Source: an uncultured Alphaproteobacteria bacterium
GTDB taxonomy: Bacteria; Pseudomonadota; Alphaproteobacteria; CAAHEQ01; UBA3637
Length of the DNA stretch: 64,000 nucleotides
Assembly: GCA_934234055.1 (NCBI GenBank)
Contig: CAKQGY010000001.1
Span: 14,035 to 78,034 of the forward strand
Direction: 5' to 3'
Notes under the pieces: model-generated
What the model was told of the DNA's origin: nothing
Databases searched by the model: none
What the model saw: the letters and a program-made list of their open reading frames with translations, nothing else
In this document: positions 30,801 to 39,707 of the stretch, in pieces
Layout of the letters: each line of letters starts with the position of its first letter
How positions within the stretch are numbered: position 1 is the first letter of the stretch
Position numbers and translations under genes: made by a program

Positions 30801-31716
30801 CGATAAAGTTTTTCAGGATATTTTCCGCCGGAGTCACTTCCACGGTCCAGTTTCCGTCCACTTTGCGATCATTTGCTCCCCACGGAGCCGGCAATCCCAC
30901 CGCCCGCATCAGGTCATTTGTTTTCGCCACCACAAAGTTGCCCGACGCCTCAAACCATTTATCCAACCGTGTCGGTGTAAAGGTTCCGTCCAGTGTTGTT
31001 TCCAAACCCAGCATATCGCTTTTCAGGTTCAAGCTCACCGCAATCGGGTTTGTCCCTTGGAACACCCCCGTGCGTGCATTCAGTTGATAGGGCACATTGT
31101 TCACGACCCCCGCGCCGGTCCAGCGGAAAGGCCCGCGCACCGAATCAGCCGCCAGTTGTCCGTTCACATTTTGCATCACCCAGCGGATTCCCGACACAGC
31201 GTTTTGATAAGTGATTGTCCCTTCTTTAATCTTGATGGACGAGATTTGCGTCCCCGTATCCGAGGGGCCTGTTTTTTCCGCGCTCATAAAGTCAATTTCG
31301 TTCAATTGAAAGTTCGGGTCTATCAGGAACGGGAAAGCAAAGTTGACTCGATTGCTTTCCAAGCGCTCCAATAAAATCGTCGGTTTTGTCAGTTCAATGC
31401 TGTCAATCACCATCGGGCTTTTCAGCAGTGACGACCACGTCATGTTGACCTGCACTTTTTCAATCCGCATCAAGTCCTGCGCCGATCCTTTATCCATATT
31501 TTTCAGGCGCACATCGTTCATCACCACCGTCGGCACCGGGCTCCACGAAATGGCTGTCCCCGCTCCGATACTGACCTCGCGCCCCGTCAAGCGTTGCAGC
31601 GTCCCCACCACTTGTTTTTCATAGGCCGTCGGGTTAAAGGACATCATCACCAATCCCACCAGCACTGCGATAATCAAGACCACAATCAGTATCAAGAACA
31701 GAAAAAACTTTTTCAT
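27817..31716 (-). CDS. AsmA-family protein, 1299 aa, with a C-terminal Gln/Ala-rich coiled-coil tail
   Basis: N-terminal TM (MKKFFLFLILIVVLIIAVLVGLV) followed by an AsmA N-domain signature (GREVSIGAGTAISWSPVPTVVMNDVRLKN...IDSIELTKPTILLER). This is the second AsmA paralog in the window. Confidence 0.75.
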   Translation of the reverse strand: MKKFFLFLILIVVLIIAVLVGLVMMSFNPTAYEKQVVGTLQRLTGREVSIGAGTAISWSPVPTVVMNDVRLKNMDKGSAQDLMRIEKVQVNMTWSSLLKSPMVIDSIELTKPTILLERLESNRVNFAFPFLIDPNFQLNEIDFMSAEKTGPSDTGTQISSIKIKEGTITYQNAVSGIRWVMQNVNGQLAADSVRGPFRWTGAGVVNNVPYQLNARTGVFQGTNPIAVSLNLKSDMLGLETTLDGTFTPTRLDKWFEASGNFVVAKTNDLMRAVGLPAPWGANDRKVDGNWTVEVTPAENILKNFIVTYDPENPKTALTGTISQKAGTRTQYNITLNTGLWRATDWPAYTKAMNWAWLEKSEDYPDMAFKINADQVVIGRYTLGKTALAGKYEAGILTLDKSEIGLAGDTAVTLTGHGQMMASTPTLDLKFQANTQKPKTLINVLLNREADEETAAIKTSVVGGLTLTPDKITTTIQDLKMGTAAASGSVAFNRGEEKSYQVRVALNDVNLDTLTKWQAPAEKIALEDLPAKVKAWLEQASWAQGVAVSGTLDARNGTVFGTPFLKLHMEGNLVGNTLKLDNLTALNLAGTNVSMTGLIKDLGRPQMNVDGWRITLDSKNLPTLLDKMNLACTVPLVQQAKGATAQLNLKGGQDNLWQLDGQFALNDLSAKFSGTLNTVDTEPAVQAMRVDLAYPKFRTLATLINPEYKALPNLDGTFKLKGVITGTRENWEIKDMALNIGLQQLSGVVSFHDGQVKTLTATVSAPALNLDRILPTDNNWYSPINGLSTNPIAFKNLDNQIWDIHLKARQLFYRDMALQNVDMALALQNKELALTQLVANAGSGEDAPIRITGKADWNTPEPALTTSFEIKNMPIRADFMVLKDLAIGGGKLTLKGDLKTRGVSPALWGKNLNGKGTLAVQGGQIVGADTDQMIPIVTHAIQRSETQQDFEPEMKRVLHSGKTVIKTIQGDYVVADGVVRMMDLTLKTANVTGNPTQVIWDIPRRTMDISVPVVMNALNTLPPFVLGISVGRGRGVYTPNYADLASVLAGRSKTALADNLKQQQEQAQLAISQKRADRLAEGQNLTKRAREAVAEMEAQLRTYPFETGNRLYQSAKDALSIVNQAAIREEPTDAQLIQQIEQARLVLLKAEEFEQALTQETAFNVQQQIQSDREQAAQMTTALQQWAGENPDIEVLARLAQNAAQNRAVIEQVAARITGAGTVGAGADAAQTERLLAASADALAKIKAAYQHAARFDLSEPLASGTQAAVDARLADETEEDAGTVEPAGRTVRGSFSRAR

Positions 31717-31784
31717 AAAAACCCCTTTACAATCATTCGGATATTATTTGTTATACCACATTTTTTTGAAAAAACAAGCCTTTT

Positions 31785-32006
31785 TTAATCTTCCAGCCAT
31801 ATTCTTACTTTTCTTGCCACTTCCGCCGGCAGATTCGGCAGGGGTTCGCGTTCGGCCAGTTTATCCAAAGCCCGTTCAATTTCGGTGCGCGTTGCGTTTT
31901 CATATTCTCGTCTCAGGTATTGCACCAACGTTTCCCGCTCCCGGTCTTCCGCCACCGCTGCCGGTCGATTTTTCATAAAAGCTTCTGCATCATCAAAAAA
32001 ACTCAT
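31785..32006 (-). CDS. Small acidic hypothetical protein (73 aa) translationally coupled to trkH
   Basis: ATG at 32006 overlaps the trkH TGA as ATGA. It has a GGAGGA SD and encodes MSFFDDAEAFMKNRPAAVAEDRERETLVQYLRREYENATRTEIERALDKLAEREPLPNLPAEVARKVRIWLED. Confidence 0.45.
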   Translation of the reverse strand: MSFFDDAEAFMKNRPAAVAEDRERETLVQYLRREYENATRTEIERALDKLAEREPLPNLPAEVARKVRIWLED

Positions 32007-33463
32007 GCATTCCTCCGCCACAAAAAAGGGAAAAACAGGACAAAGATAGAGATAAACTCCAACCGTCCCACCAACATCGCCAGGCTCAGCACCCATTTCG
32101 CCCCGTCCGGCAGGAACGCAAAGGTCTTATCCGGTCCGATCACCGGCCCCAACGCCGGCCCTACATTAGACAAAGCACTGAACGCCCCCGACAGGCTCGT
32201 CACAAAGTCCAACCCCATCCCCGTCAGAATCAAGGTTATGACCATAGAGGTTCCCAGATATAGCCCGAAGAACACCAAGACGCTGATCAGAATATCATCG
32301 GTAATCACTTGTGTGCCATAGCGCGGGATAAAGACGCCGTGCGGTTGGACCAGTTTTTTCAGCCTCACGCCGACGGTGCGCAGCAAAATGGTAAAGCGGA
32401 ACATTTTAATCCCGCCCGATGTTGATCCCGTGCATCCGCCCGCCAGAAACAGGAACATGAAAAATGCGATTGCAAAGTTGCCCCACAGTTGATAGTTTTC
32501 CGTCACAAATCCCGTGGTTGTTACAACCGAGATAATCGCGAATACTGCCTCACGGATATAGGCCATCAATTCCGCCGGCAGGAACCGATCCTGCAACCAT
32601 CTGAGTGTTGTCAGCAGCACCACCGCCCCCACCAGGAATTTCAGATAGACACTGATTTGCGCGTCCTGTCGGATCATTTGCCACCGTCGCCGCCACAGGT
32701 AAAGTCCCATAACCAGGGGCAGACTGGACACCAACATAAAGCCGCTTAAAATCCATTCTATCAGGGGGCTGTGATAGTATCCGATGGATAAATCGTGGGT
32801 GGAAAATCCGCCCGTTGAAATGGTTGCCAGGGCATGGTTGATCGCGTCAAACCCCGTCATACCCGCGATTTTCAAGGCTCCCGCGCACAGGATTGTCAGG
32901 CCGATAAAGTAGATCAGAATCGCGCGCATATTTTGCACCACGGTGGGCAGGTCGCGATTCGACGCCGATGCTTCCGTGCCAAAGAACTGCATCCCCCCGA
33001 TTCGCAGGGTCGGCAACACCACAATCGCCACGATTACGATTCCCGCGCCCCCGATCCATTGCAGCATCGACCGCCACAACAGCAGCCCCGGTGACAGGGT
33101 ATCCAGTCCGCTCAACACCGTTGCCCCCGTTGTTGTCAGGCCCGACACCGCTTCAAACACCGAATCGGTCCACGACAAATTATATTCCGACACAAAGAAC
33201 GGAATTGCCGACAACAGGGCGTATGAAATCCAGATCAGAGCCGTCGCCAAAAACATTTCTTTTGTGCGCAGGGGTTCGCGATCCGTCCCCGTCAACAGAC
33301 ACATCAGGACGCCGATTGACACCGCCAGCGCCGCCGACACGGCAAAGCGTTTGGCCGCCCCGTCCCAGCCATAGAACAAATCCGCCGCTGCCGGCACCAA
33401 CATTGCCAATCCGCAGCACACGCTCATAAATCCGATAATCGAAAAAACCAGTTTAAATCGCAT
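32003..33463 (-). CDS. trkH: TrkH/KtrB-family potassium transporter
   Basis: 486 aa with four MPM repeats carrying selectivity-filter Gly motifs (TTTGATV, STGGFS, TTTGFV, LSNVGPAL). Confidence 0.85.
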   Translation of the reverse strand: MRFKLVFSIIGFMSVCCGLAMLVPAAADLFYGWDGAAKRFAVSAALAVSIGVLMCLLTGTDREPLRTKEMFLATALIWISYALLSAIPFFVSEYNLSWTDSVFEAVSGLTTTGATVLSGLDTLSPGLLLWRSMLQWIGGAGIVIVAIVVLPTLRIGGMQFFGTEASASNRDLPTVVQNMRAILIYFIGLTILCAGALKIAGMTGFDAINHALATISTGGFSTHDLSIGYYHSPLIEWILSGFMLVSSLPLVMGLYLWRRRWQMIRQDAQISVYLKFLVGAVVLLTTLRWLQDRFLPAELMAYIREAVFAIISVVTTTGFVTENYQLWGNFAIAFFMFLFLAGGCTGSTSGGIKMFRFTILLRTVGVRLKKLVQPHGVFIPRYGTQVITDDILISVLVFFGLYLGTSMVITLILTGMGLDFVTSLSGAFSALSNVGPALGPVIGPDKTFAFLPDGAKWVLSLAMLVGRLEFISIFVLFFPFLWRRNA

Positions 33464-33557
33464 AGGACTCCTTATATTTTACATTATTTTATTTTTATTT
33501 CTTTCAAAATGCAATAAAAAAGTGTATAATACCGCCACAAAGAACAAAGGAATCGTT

Positions 33558-34214
33558 ATGACCTATTTTGATGCCCACTGTCATTTGATGGCTGATTCAG
33601 CCTTTTTGCGCGCCCAGGCCAAGGGGGTTTCCACCTTTATTGTCAACGCCACCCACCCGGCCGAGTGGGAGGAAATTGCCGATTTACAAAATCGCCTGCT
33701 CGGGATTTATTTCTGTGCCGGCATACATCCCTGGTATATCAATTCGGCCGAATCGGGCTGGGCGGATCGGTTATCGGCTTTTCTTAAAAAGTATCCTCGC
33801 GCGATGGTGGGTGAAATCGGCCTGGACAAGAAGCGCCCGTTTTTTGACCAACAACTGGCGGTGTTTAATCAAAGCCTTGAAATTGCCGCCACTTACAACC
33901 GAGCCGTGCACATTCATTGCGTCGGTGCCTGGGACGAGATGTTTGAAGCGATTTCCCAATACCGCGAACTGCCGATGTTGTTTCACCGTTTTTCGGGCGA
34001 CGAAGTCATTATTCAAAAACTGCGCCTGTTTAACGCTTATTTTTCGGTTTTAAACGGCCGTTTTATTGATATTATTCCGGACAAAAGATTGCTGGTTGAA
34101 ACCGATTCGCCCGATGGGCTGCGCACGCCTTCGGCCATTCCGGCCTTGGTGCAATCTTTACAACTGGACACCGATCAACTCAATCTCAATTTGGCAAGTT
34201 TCCTCAATGACTGA
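33558..34214 (+). CDS. tatD: TatD-family metal-dependent hydrolase
   Basis: MTYFDAHCHL N-terminus and an HIHCV motif. ATG 33558 has an AAAGGAA SD. The tracked start is over-extended. Confidence 0.8.
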   Translation: MTYFDAHCHLMADSAFLRAQAKGVSTFIVNATHPAEWEEIADLQNRLLGIYFCAGIHPWYINSAESGWADRLSAFLKKYPRAMVGEIGLDKKRPFFDQQLAVFNQSLEIAATYNRAVHIHCVGAWDEMFEAISQYRELPMLFHRFSGDEVIIQKLRLFNAYFSVLNGRFIDIIPDKRLLVETDSPDGLRTPSAIPALVQSLQLDTDQLNLNLASFLND

Positions 34215-34914
34215 TACGCAATTCCAACGCACTTTATTACTTTTCGGGAGCGCGGGCCTCGCGCGCCTGCGTCAATCGCGTGTAGCCGTTGTCGGTTGCG
34301 GCGCGGTCGGCAGTTTCGCGATAGAGGCTCTTGCCCGCACCGGAGTCGGCCATATTTTTCTGGCAGACGGCGATACGGTTCAGCCCAGTAACATCAACCG
34401 TCAGTTATGCGCCCTGCATTCCACGATCGGTGAAAACAAAGCGCAAACCCTTGCCGCCCGCATTCACGACATTTGTCCCGACACCCGGGTTATTGCCTAT
34501 CCGGATTTTATCCGTCCCGAAACGTTGCCGGATTTACTGGCTTTTCGCCCTGATTTTGTGATAGACGCCATAGACATTCTTCCCGACAAAGCCGGCTTGA
34601 TTTGCGCGGTTCAGCAAGCCGGCATTCCACTTGTTTCGTCTATGGGGGCAGCCCTTAAAACAGATCCGCTGTCGGTGCGCCTGGCTCCGCTCAATCAGAC
34701 CTCCGTTTGTCCGTTGGCCGCCCGCCTGCGTCGTTTGTTGAAACGCCAAGGTGCCGACCTCACATTTCCGTGTGTTTATTCGGTTGAAAAGCCCGCCGCC
34801 GCTCGTGATTCCGGCCGTCAGATGGGCAGCCTTATCACGCTCACGGGCTTGTTCGGCCTGGTGCTTGCGAACACCGTTATTTTACAGTTGGTAAAGGAAC
34901 CTCTCAATGCCTGA
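34207..34914 (+). CDS. tcdA: ThiF/MoeB-family tRNA threonylcarbamoyladenosine dehydratase (TcdA/CsdL-like)
   Basis: Rossmann motif VAVVGCGAVGSFAIEALARTGVGHIFLAD.GD. It overlaps the tatD stop. The tracked N-terminus runs into tatD. Confidence 0.65.
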   Translation: MTDTQFQRTLLLFGSAGLARLRQSRVAVVGCGAVGSFAIEALARTGVGHIFLADGDTVQPSNINRQLCALHSTIGENKAQTLAARIHDICPDTRVIAYPDFIRPETLPDLLAFRPDFVIDAIDILPDKAGLICAVQQAGIPLVSSMGAALKTDPLSVRLAPLNQTSVCPLAARLRRLLKRQGADLTFPCVYSVEKPAAARDSGRQMGSLITLTGLFGLVLANTVILQLVKEPLNA

Positions 34915-37231
34915 TTTTTTTGAACTGACCGATCCCGTCGATTTTTCCGAGGCCGCCCCCACTTCTTCTCCCCAGGACTACCCGTTTATGCAGGCTCTGA
35001 ACCCCGAGCAGCGCCAAGCCGTCATGCAGACCGAGGGTCCCGTTTTGGTTTTATCCGGTGCCGGCACGGGCAAGACTCGCGTGCTCACCACCCGGATTGC
35101 GTATTTGCTGGCGACGGGCAGGGCGACTCCGTGGCAGATTTTAGCCGTCACTTTCACCAACAAGGCCAGCCGCGAGATGAAAGATCGCCTGGAACAGATG
35201 ATCGGCCCGTCGGCGCGTTCGGTATGGCTGGGCACATTTCACGCTATCGGGGTCAAGATTTTGTCGCGTTATGCGGCTCAGGCCGGCCTTGCCCCCAACT
35301 TTATCGTTCTCAACACCGACGACCAAGAACGCCTGTTAAAGCAGCTGATGGTTGCCGGTGGCGTGGACATCAAGCGTTTTACGCCCGCCACGATGCTGGA
35401 CATTATTCAGCGTTGGAAGGACCGCGGCCTGTCCCCCACGGCGATTACGCCGGCTCAGGACAGTGATTTTTGCGACGGCCGTGCGCGTGGCTTTTATCAG
35501 CTGTATCAGAATCGCCTGCGCGAGTTAAACGCCGTTGATTTCGGTGATTTGCTGCTGCTGCCGCTGGAATTGTTCAAGGCCCACCCCGACATTTTAGCGG
35601 TTTATCAGGCCAAGTTCCGCTATCTTCTGGTGGACGAGTATCAGGACACCAATGTTGCCCAGTATTTACTGCTGCGTTTATTGGCGCAAAAGTCGCGTAA
35701 TATCTGCTGTGTCGGCGATGATGATCAGTCTATTTATTCCTGGCGCGGAGCCGAGGTTGAAAACATTCTCAATTTTCAAAGCGTGTATCCCGACGCCGTT
35801 GTGATTCGACTGGAACGCAACTATCGCTCTACGGCGCATATTTTGGGCGCGGCCTCGGCACTGATTGCGAACAATGCCGGACGTCTTGGCAAGACTCTCA
35901 AAGTTGCCGACAACCGCGACGGTGCGGGCGATCGCGTGCACATCACGGGCTACTGGAACGGCACCCAAGAGGCCGCCGGCATTATATCGCATGTAGAGCA
36001 TGCTCAATCTCTCGGCACGCCGCTGTCCCATATGGCGATATTGGTGCGCACATCGGCTCAAACCCGTCCCTTTGAAGACGAGTTGATTCGGGCCGGTATT
36101 CCTTATAAGATTATCGGCGGGTTCAAGTTTTACGAGCGCGAAGAAATCCGCGATGCCGTGGCATATTTGCGCCTGGTCTTAAATCCCGGCGATGATCTGG
36201 CGTTTCAGCGCATCGTCAACAAGCCCCGCCGCGGTATCGGCGACAGCGCGCTGACGGCCATTTCCGAGGCTGCCCGCGACCATCGGATCAGCCTCTTTGA
36301 CGCGATTGCGTGGGCCACATTGCGCCCGTCTGTCCGGCGCACGCTGGACGGCTTTACAACACTGATCACCACCGCCCGCGGCAAACAGGATTTGCTGGAC
36401 CCGGCCGCCCTTGCCAAACAAGTGCTTGAAGACTCGGGCTACATCAATATGTGGCGTATGGACAAATCGCCCGAGGCCGAGGGCCGTTTAGAGAACTTGG
36501 ACGAATTGTATAATGTGTTGGGTGATTTCGAAACGATCAATGATTTTATTGAATATGCCGCCTTGCTCACCGACGCGGACGATAATGCGACCGACGATCA
36601 ACTGGTTGTAATGACACTTCACGCGTCCAAAGGGCTTGAATTTGACTATGTTTTCCTGGCCGGCTGGGAGGAGGGGCTTTTCCCGCACCAACGTGCGTTG
36701 GACGAGACCGGCCAGCAGGGTCTGGAAGAAGAACGTCGTTTGGCGTATGTAGGCCTGACCCGTGCGCGTCAAAAAGCGTTTATTTCGTTTGCCGCGAACC
36801 GCAAGATCTACGGCCAATGGGAGAATACGGTGGCCAGTCGTTTTATTGACGAACTTCCCCCGGGGGATATTCAGAACGATACCCAAGTCCGTATGGGCTC
36901 CACTTCCGGTGATTTTTCCGCTCCCTATCCCCGCGCCGCCTGTGCGTCCTCTTCTGATTCCTTTTCCCGCTCTTTTAATTCTTCTCCTCTCCCCCGTCAT
37001 TGCGAGGGACAGATCAATCTGTCCTGTGGCAATCCATTAAACCAAGAGTCCTTATACTCTTACCAAGGACGAGCCACCCCCCGCCGGAAATCTGCCCGTA
37101 TCGGTAAAAGGGTCTATCACGACACATTCGGTTTCGGAACAGTGATTCGCGAGGAGGGCGACCGCCTGGAAGTCCGTTTTGACGACTATGGCCTCAAAAA
37201 AGTCCTCTCTCGCTTCCTCTCCCCCGCTTAA
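34907..37231 (+). CDS. uvrD: UvrD/PcrA-family ATP-dependent DNA helicase, with a repeat element inserted in-frame in the C-terminal linker
   Basis: Carries the helicase motifs (GAGTGKTRVL Walker A, DEYQDTN, VGDDDQSIYSWRGA, ...) and a C-terminal Tudor-like domain (GKRVYHDTFGFGTVIREEGDRLEVRF). Residues encoded by 36945-37060 are repeat family 1 copy D. Confidence 0.85.
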   Translation: MPDFFELTDPVDFSEAAPTSSPQDYPFMQALNPEQRQAVMQTEGPVLVLSGAGTGKTRVLTTRIAYLLATGRATPWQILAVTFTNKASREMKDRLEQMIGPSARSVWLGTFHAIGVKILSRYAAQAGLAPNFIVLNTDDQERLLKQLMVAGGVDIKRFTPATMLDIIQRWKDRGLSPTAITPAQDSDFCDGRARGFYQLYQNRLRELNAVDFGDLLLLPLELFKAHPDILAVYQAKFRYLLVDEYQDTNVAQYLLLRLLAQKSRNICCVGDDDQSIYSWRGAEVENILNFQSVYPDAVVIRLERNYRSTAHILGAASALIANNAGRLGKTLKVADNRDGAGDRVHITGYWNGTQEAAGIISHVEHAQSLGTPLSHMAILVRTSAQTRPFEDELIRAGIPYKIIGGFKFYEREEIRDAVAYLRLVLNPGDDLAFQRIVNKPRRGIGDSALTAISEAARDHRISLFDAIAWATLRPSVRRTLDGFTTLITTARGKQDLLDPAALAKQVLEDSGYINMWRMDKSPEAEGRLENLDELYNVLGDFETINDFIEYAALLTDADDNATDDQLVVMTLHASKGLEFDYVFLAGWEEGLFPHQRALDETGQQGLEEERRLAYVGLTRARQKAFISFAANRKIYGQWENTVASRFIDELPPGDIQNDTQVRMGSTSGDFSAPYPRAACASSSDSFSRSFNSSPLPRHCEGQINLSCGNPLNQESLYSYQGRATPRRKSARIGKRVYHDTFGFGTVIREEGDRLEVRFDDYGLKKVLSRFLSPA
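36996..37035 (+). repeat. Repeat family 1 copy D, inside the uvrD ORF (gtcattgcgag-ggacagatcaatctgtcc-tgtggcaatcc)
   Basis: Preceded by the usual Py-tract (36945-36993, encoding a Ser-rich linker). The whole insert is read in-frame with no stop. Confidence 0.8.
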
Positions 37232-37242
37232 AAATTATTTTC

Positions 37243-37740
37243 TCAAATCATAGACTCAAACACAACCGTGCCAGCATTGTTGTCGTTGCAGTTTGTCTTA
37301 TGGGGTTTATCGCTATTTTCCGGCCGCACGCTCACATTCTGCCATTGATAGGCTTTCAACTGTTCACACGCGGCTTTCGGCACACTGTCCAAAGTAATCA
37401 CGAAATAATCTCCCGTCTCCGGCGTAACGGTCATTTTTCCCCACGGCGTATCGGCCTCAACGCCCTTGTCTTTTACCTGACACCCATAGGCATCACAGAC
37501 ATCATTATTGACAATGCGCAGCCCAAAATCATTAGTTGTCGGATAGGCCCGGCTCCACGAAAAGATATCCGAGATTCCCCGCGCTGTTTCTTCTACTTGC
37601 GAATAGACCTGCGACACGTTATAGGCCTGCATGCCAAAGTTCATTGCCGATATTCCCCCGACGGTCAGCACGCCGATCACGGCCAGCACCCCCAGCATTT
37701 CCACCATAGATCGTCCGGTTTCATTCGTATTCATCATCAT
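37243..37740 (-). CDS. Type IV pilin-like / pseudopilin protein (prepilin-type N-terminal cleavage/methylation domain)
   Basis: MMMNTNETG|RSMVEMLGVLAVIGVLTVGG has a short leader, a Gly and then a Glu at +5 followed by a hydrophobic helix. The N-terminal 35 aa are near-identical to the large adhesin at 44899..46539, and its downstream domain is distantly related to that protein too. Confidence 0.7.
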   Translation of the reverse strand: MMMNTNETGRSMVEMLGVLAVIGVLTVGGISAMNFGMQAYNVSQVYSQVEETARGISDIFSWSRAYPTTNDFGLRIVNNDVCDAYGCQVKDKGVEADTPWGKMTVTPETGDYFVITLDSVPKAACEQLKAYQWQNVSVRPENSDKPHKTNCNDNNAGTVVFESMI

Positions 37741-38453
37741 TAAAAGCCTCCATAGGTTTTCAGGGCTGCCACATCGCTCAGATGCGCCATCACCCCGGTT
37801 TTTGTTAAAATTGTCAAGATTGTATCTGTTTTATCCCCGGCCAAGATTTTCTGGATTTCTTTTTCCCGCCGGTTCAGGGACACCAGCCCCAACCTCCCCG
37901 CCGTTTCAGGGAACAGGGCCACCACTTCGGGGTCGGGTTCGCCGCGTCCGAAACGCGCCCAGAATCGCATATAGCGCAGGATTCTCAGTCCGTCTTCCCA
38001 CAGCCGCCGCGCCGGATCGCCGATAAAGCGCACGCGTCCTGCCGCCAAATCTTCTTGCCCGCCGTGATAGTCATAGATTGTTCCGTCCGCCCCCAGATAC
38101 AGCGCATTGATGGTAAAGTCCCGCCGCACCGAGTCCTCTTGCCAATCGGTGATAAAGGTGGTTTTTTCCGTCCCGTCCGGCGAAAACAGATCGCGCCGCA
38201 GTGTTGCAATTTCCAGCGTTTCGTCCCCCGCTTTGGCCATCACGACCCCGCGCTTCATTGTAATCGGCCAAGCCTCAATTCCCGCGTTTTTCAGGGCATC
38301 CAGCACTTTATCCGGCCGCACCGGGGTCGCCAGGTCCGTATCTCCCGCCGGTTGCCCCAGCAGGCGATCGCGCACACAACCGCCCACCGGCCTGACCCTT
38401 CCGGCCAAGGCGTCCGCAATTTGTCGCACAGATTCAGACCACAATTCCATCAT
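37740..38453 (-). CDS. tRNA nucleotidyltransferase / poly(A) polymerase family protein (Pol-beta head domain only, 237 aa)
   Basis: GGCVRDRLLG ... DLATP ... RRDFTINALY head-domain motifs. It is much shorter than canonical CCA enzymes, with no HD or body-tail region. Confidence 0.6.
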   Translation of the reverse strand: MMELWSESVRQIADALAGRVRPVGGCVRDRLLGQPAGDTDLATPVRPDKVLDALKNAGIEAWPITMKRGVVMAKAGDETLEIATLRRDLFSPDGTEKTTFITDWQEDSVRRDFTINALYLGADGTIYDYHGGQEDLAAGRVRFIGDPARRLWEDGLRILRYMRFWARFGRGEPDPEVVALFPETAGRLGLVSLNRREKEIQKILAGDKTDTILTILTKTGVMAHLSDVAALKTYGGF

Positions 38454-38512
38454 ACGGTTATTTTAGCAAGATATTTCTTGCATTTCAACTAAAAAAAGCG
38501 TAAAATACAAAA

Positions 38513-39664
38513 ATGATTATAAAAACAAGCACCGAACTGACGGATCTGTGCACGCGTTTGGCACAGCATCCCTTTATTACTTTGGATACCGAGTTTATCC
38601 GCGAACACACCTATTATCCCGAATTATGCCTGATTCAGGTTGCTTCTCCGGCCGAGGCCGCCTGTATAGATCCGCTGGCACCGGATTTGGATCTGACGCC
38701 GTTATTTGCACTGCTCCAAAACCCGAATGTGGTCAAGGTTTTTCACGCCGCCCGCCAAGATGTGGAAATTTTCTACCACCTGACCGGCCAAGTCCCGACG
38801 CCGCTGTTTGATACCCAAATTGCCGCGATGGTGTGCGGCTATGGCGAGAATATCGGTTATCAGCAGTTGGTGCACGATATATCCGGCGTCTCACTGGACA
38901 AGTCTATGCGTTTCACGGATTGGAGTCGTCGCCCCCTAAATGAAGAGCAGGTCGCCTATGCGCTTCACGATGTCACTTATCTGCGTGATGTATACACGGC
39001 ACTCAATGACCGGTTGCAACAATCCGGGCGTCAGTCTTGGTTGGCTCAGGAAATCGCGATTCAAAACGATCCCGCCACTTACGATACGAGCGAGGATGAA
39101 GTTTGGCATCGGATCAAGGTCCCGTTCAAGCGTCCCTTACAAACCTATGTTTTTGCCAAGTTATGCGCCTGGCGCGAGCGCACGGCCAAGCGTAAAAACC
39201 GCCCGCGCAAGTTTATTCTCAAAGACGACGCCTTGATTGAGTTGGCCCTGATGATGCCCGAACAACCGTCTGATATGGACACGGGGCGCAATATCCCCCG
39301 CGGTTTCGGTAAAAGTCCTTTCGGGCAAGAGGTTTTGGCCGTTATTTCGGCGGCGCGCACGGATCCGCCCGAGTGTTATCCCACTGCCTGGAAACAACCC
39401 AAACCCCTCACATCGGCTCAACACGCTTTTTCGGATATGTTGCAACTGTTGCTGGCCATTATTGCGACAAATTTGGGGGTTGCTCCGCGCATTATTGCCA
39501 CAACGGACGAGTTGCGCGAATTGGCTCGCGGTAATAATCAGGTGCCCTGTATGCAGGGGTGGCGCCGCGACATTTTCGGCGAGCAGGTTTTGCTTTTCAA
39601 GCAAGGCAAGCTCGGCCTGATTTATGACCCGGCGACACACCATCCCGAAATAAAACCGCTCTGA
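38513..39664 (+). CDS. rnd: Ribonuclease D
   Basis: DEDDy 3'-5' exonuclease domain (FITLDTEF...LIQV, ... YALHDVTYL) followed by an HRDC region. 383 aa. Confidence 0.8.
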   Translation: MIIKTSTELTDLCTRLAQHPFITLDTEFIREHTYYPELCLIQVASPAEAACIDPLAPDLDLTPLFALLQNPNVVKVFHAARQDVEIFYHLTGQVPTPLFDTQIAAMVCGYGENIGYQQLVHDISGVSLDKSMRFTDWSRRPLNEEQVAYALHDVTYLRDVYTALNDRLQQSGRQSWLAQEIAIQNDPATYDTSEDEVWHRIKVPFKRPLQTYVFAKLCAWRERTAKRKNRPRKFILKDDALIELALMMPEQPSDMDTGRNIPRGFGKSPFGQEVLAVISAARTDPPECYPTAWKQPKPLTSAQHAFSDMLQLLLAIIATNLGVAPRIIATTDELRELARGNNQVPCMQGWRRDIFGEQVLLFKQGKLGLIYDPATHHPEIKPL

Positions 39665-39678
39665 CACAAAAAAACTGC

Positions 39679-39707
39679 TTGACTTTCGCAAAAATTTATG
39701 CTATATT
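39679..39707 (+). promoter_or_regulatory. Sigma-70 promoter TTGACT-N17-TATATT upstream of ffh
   Basis: Consensus-like -35 and -10 elements with 17-bp spacing. A roughly 110-nt structured leader precedes the ffh ATG. Confidence 0.5.
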
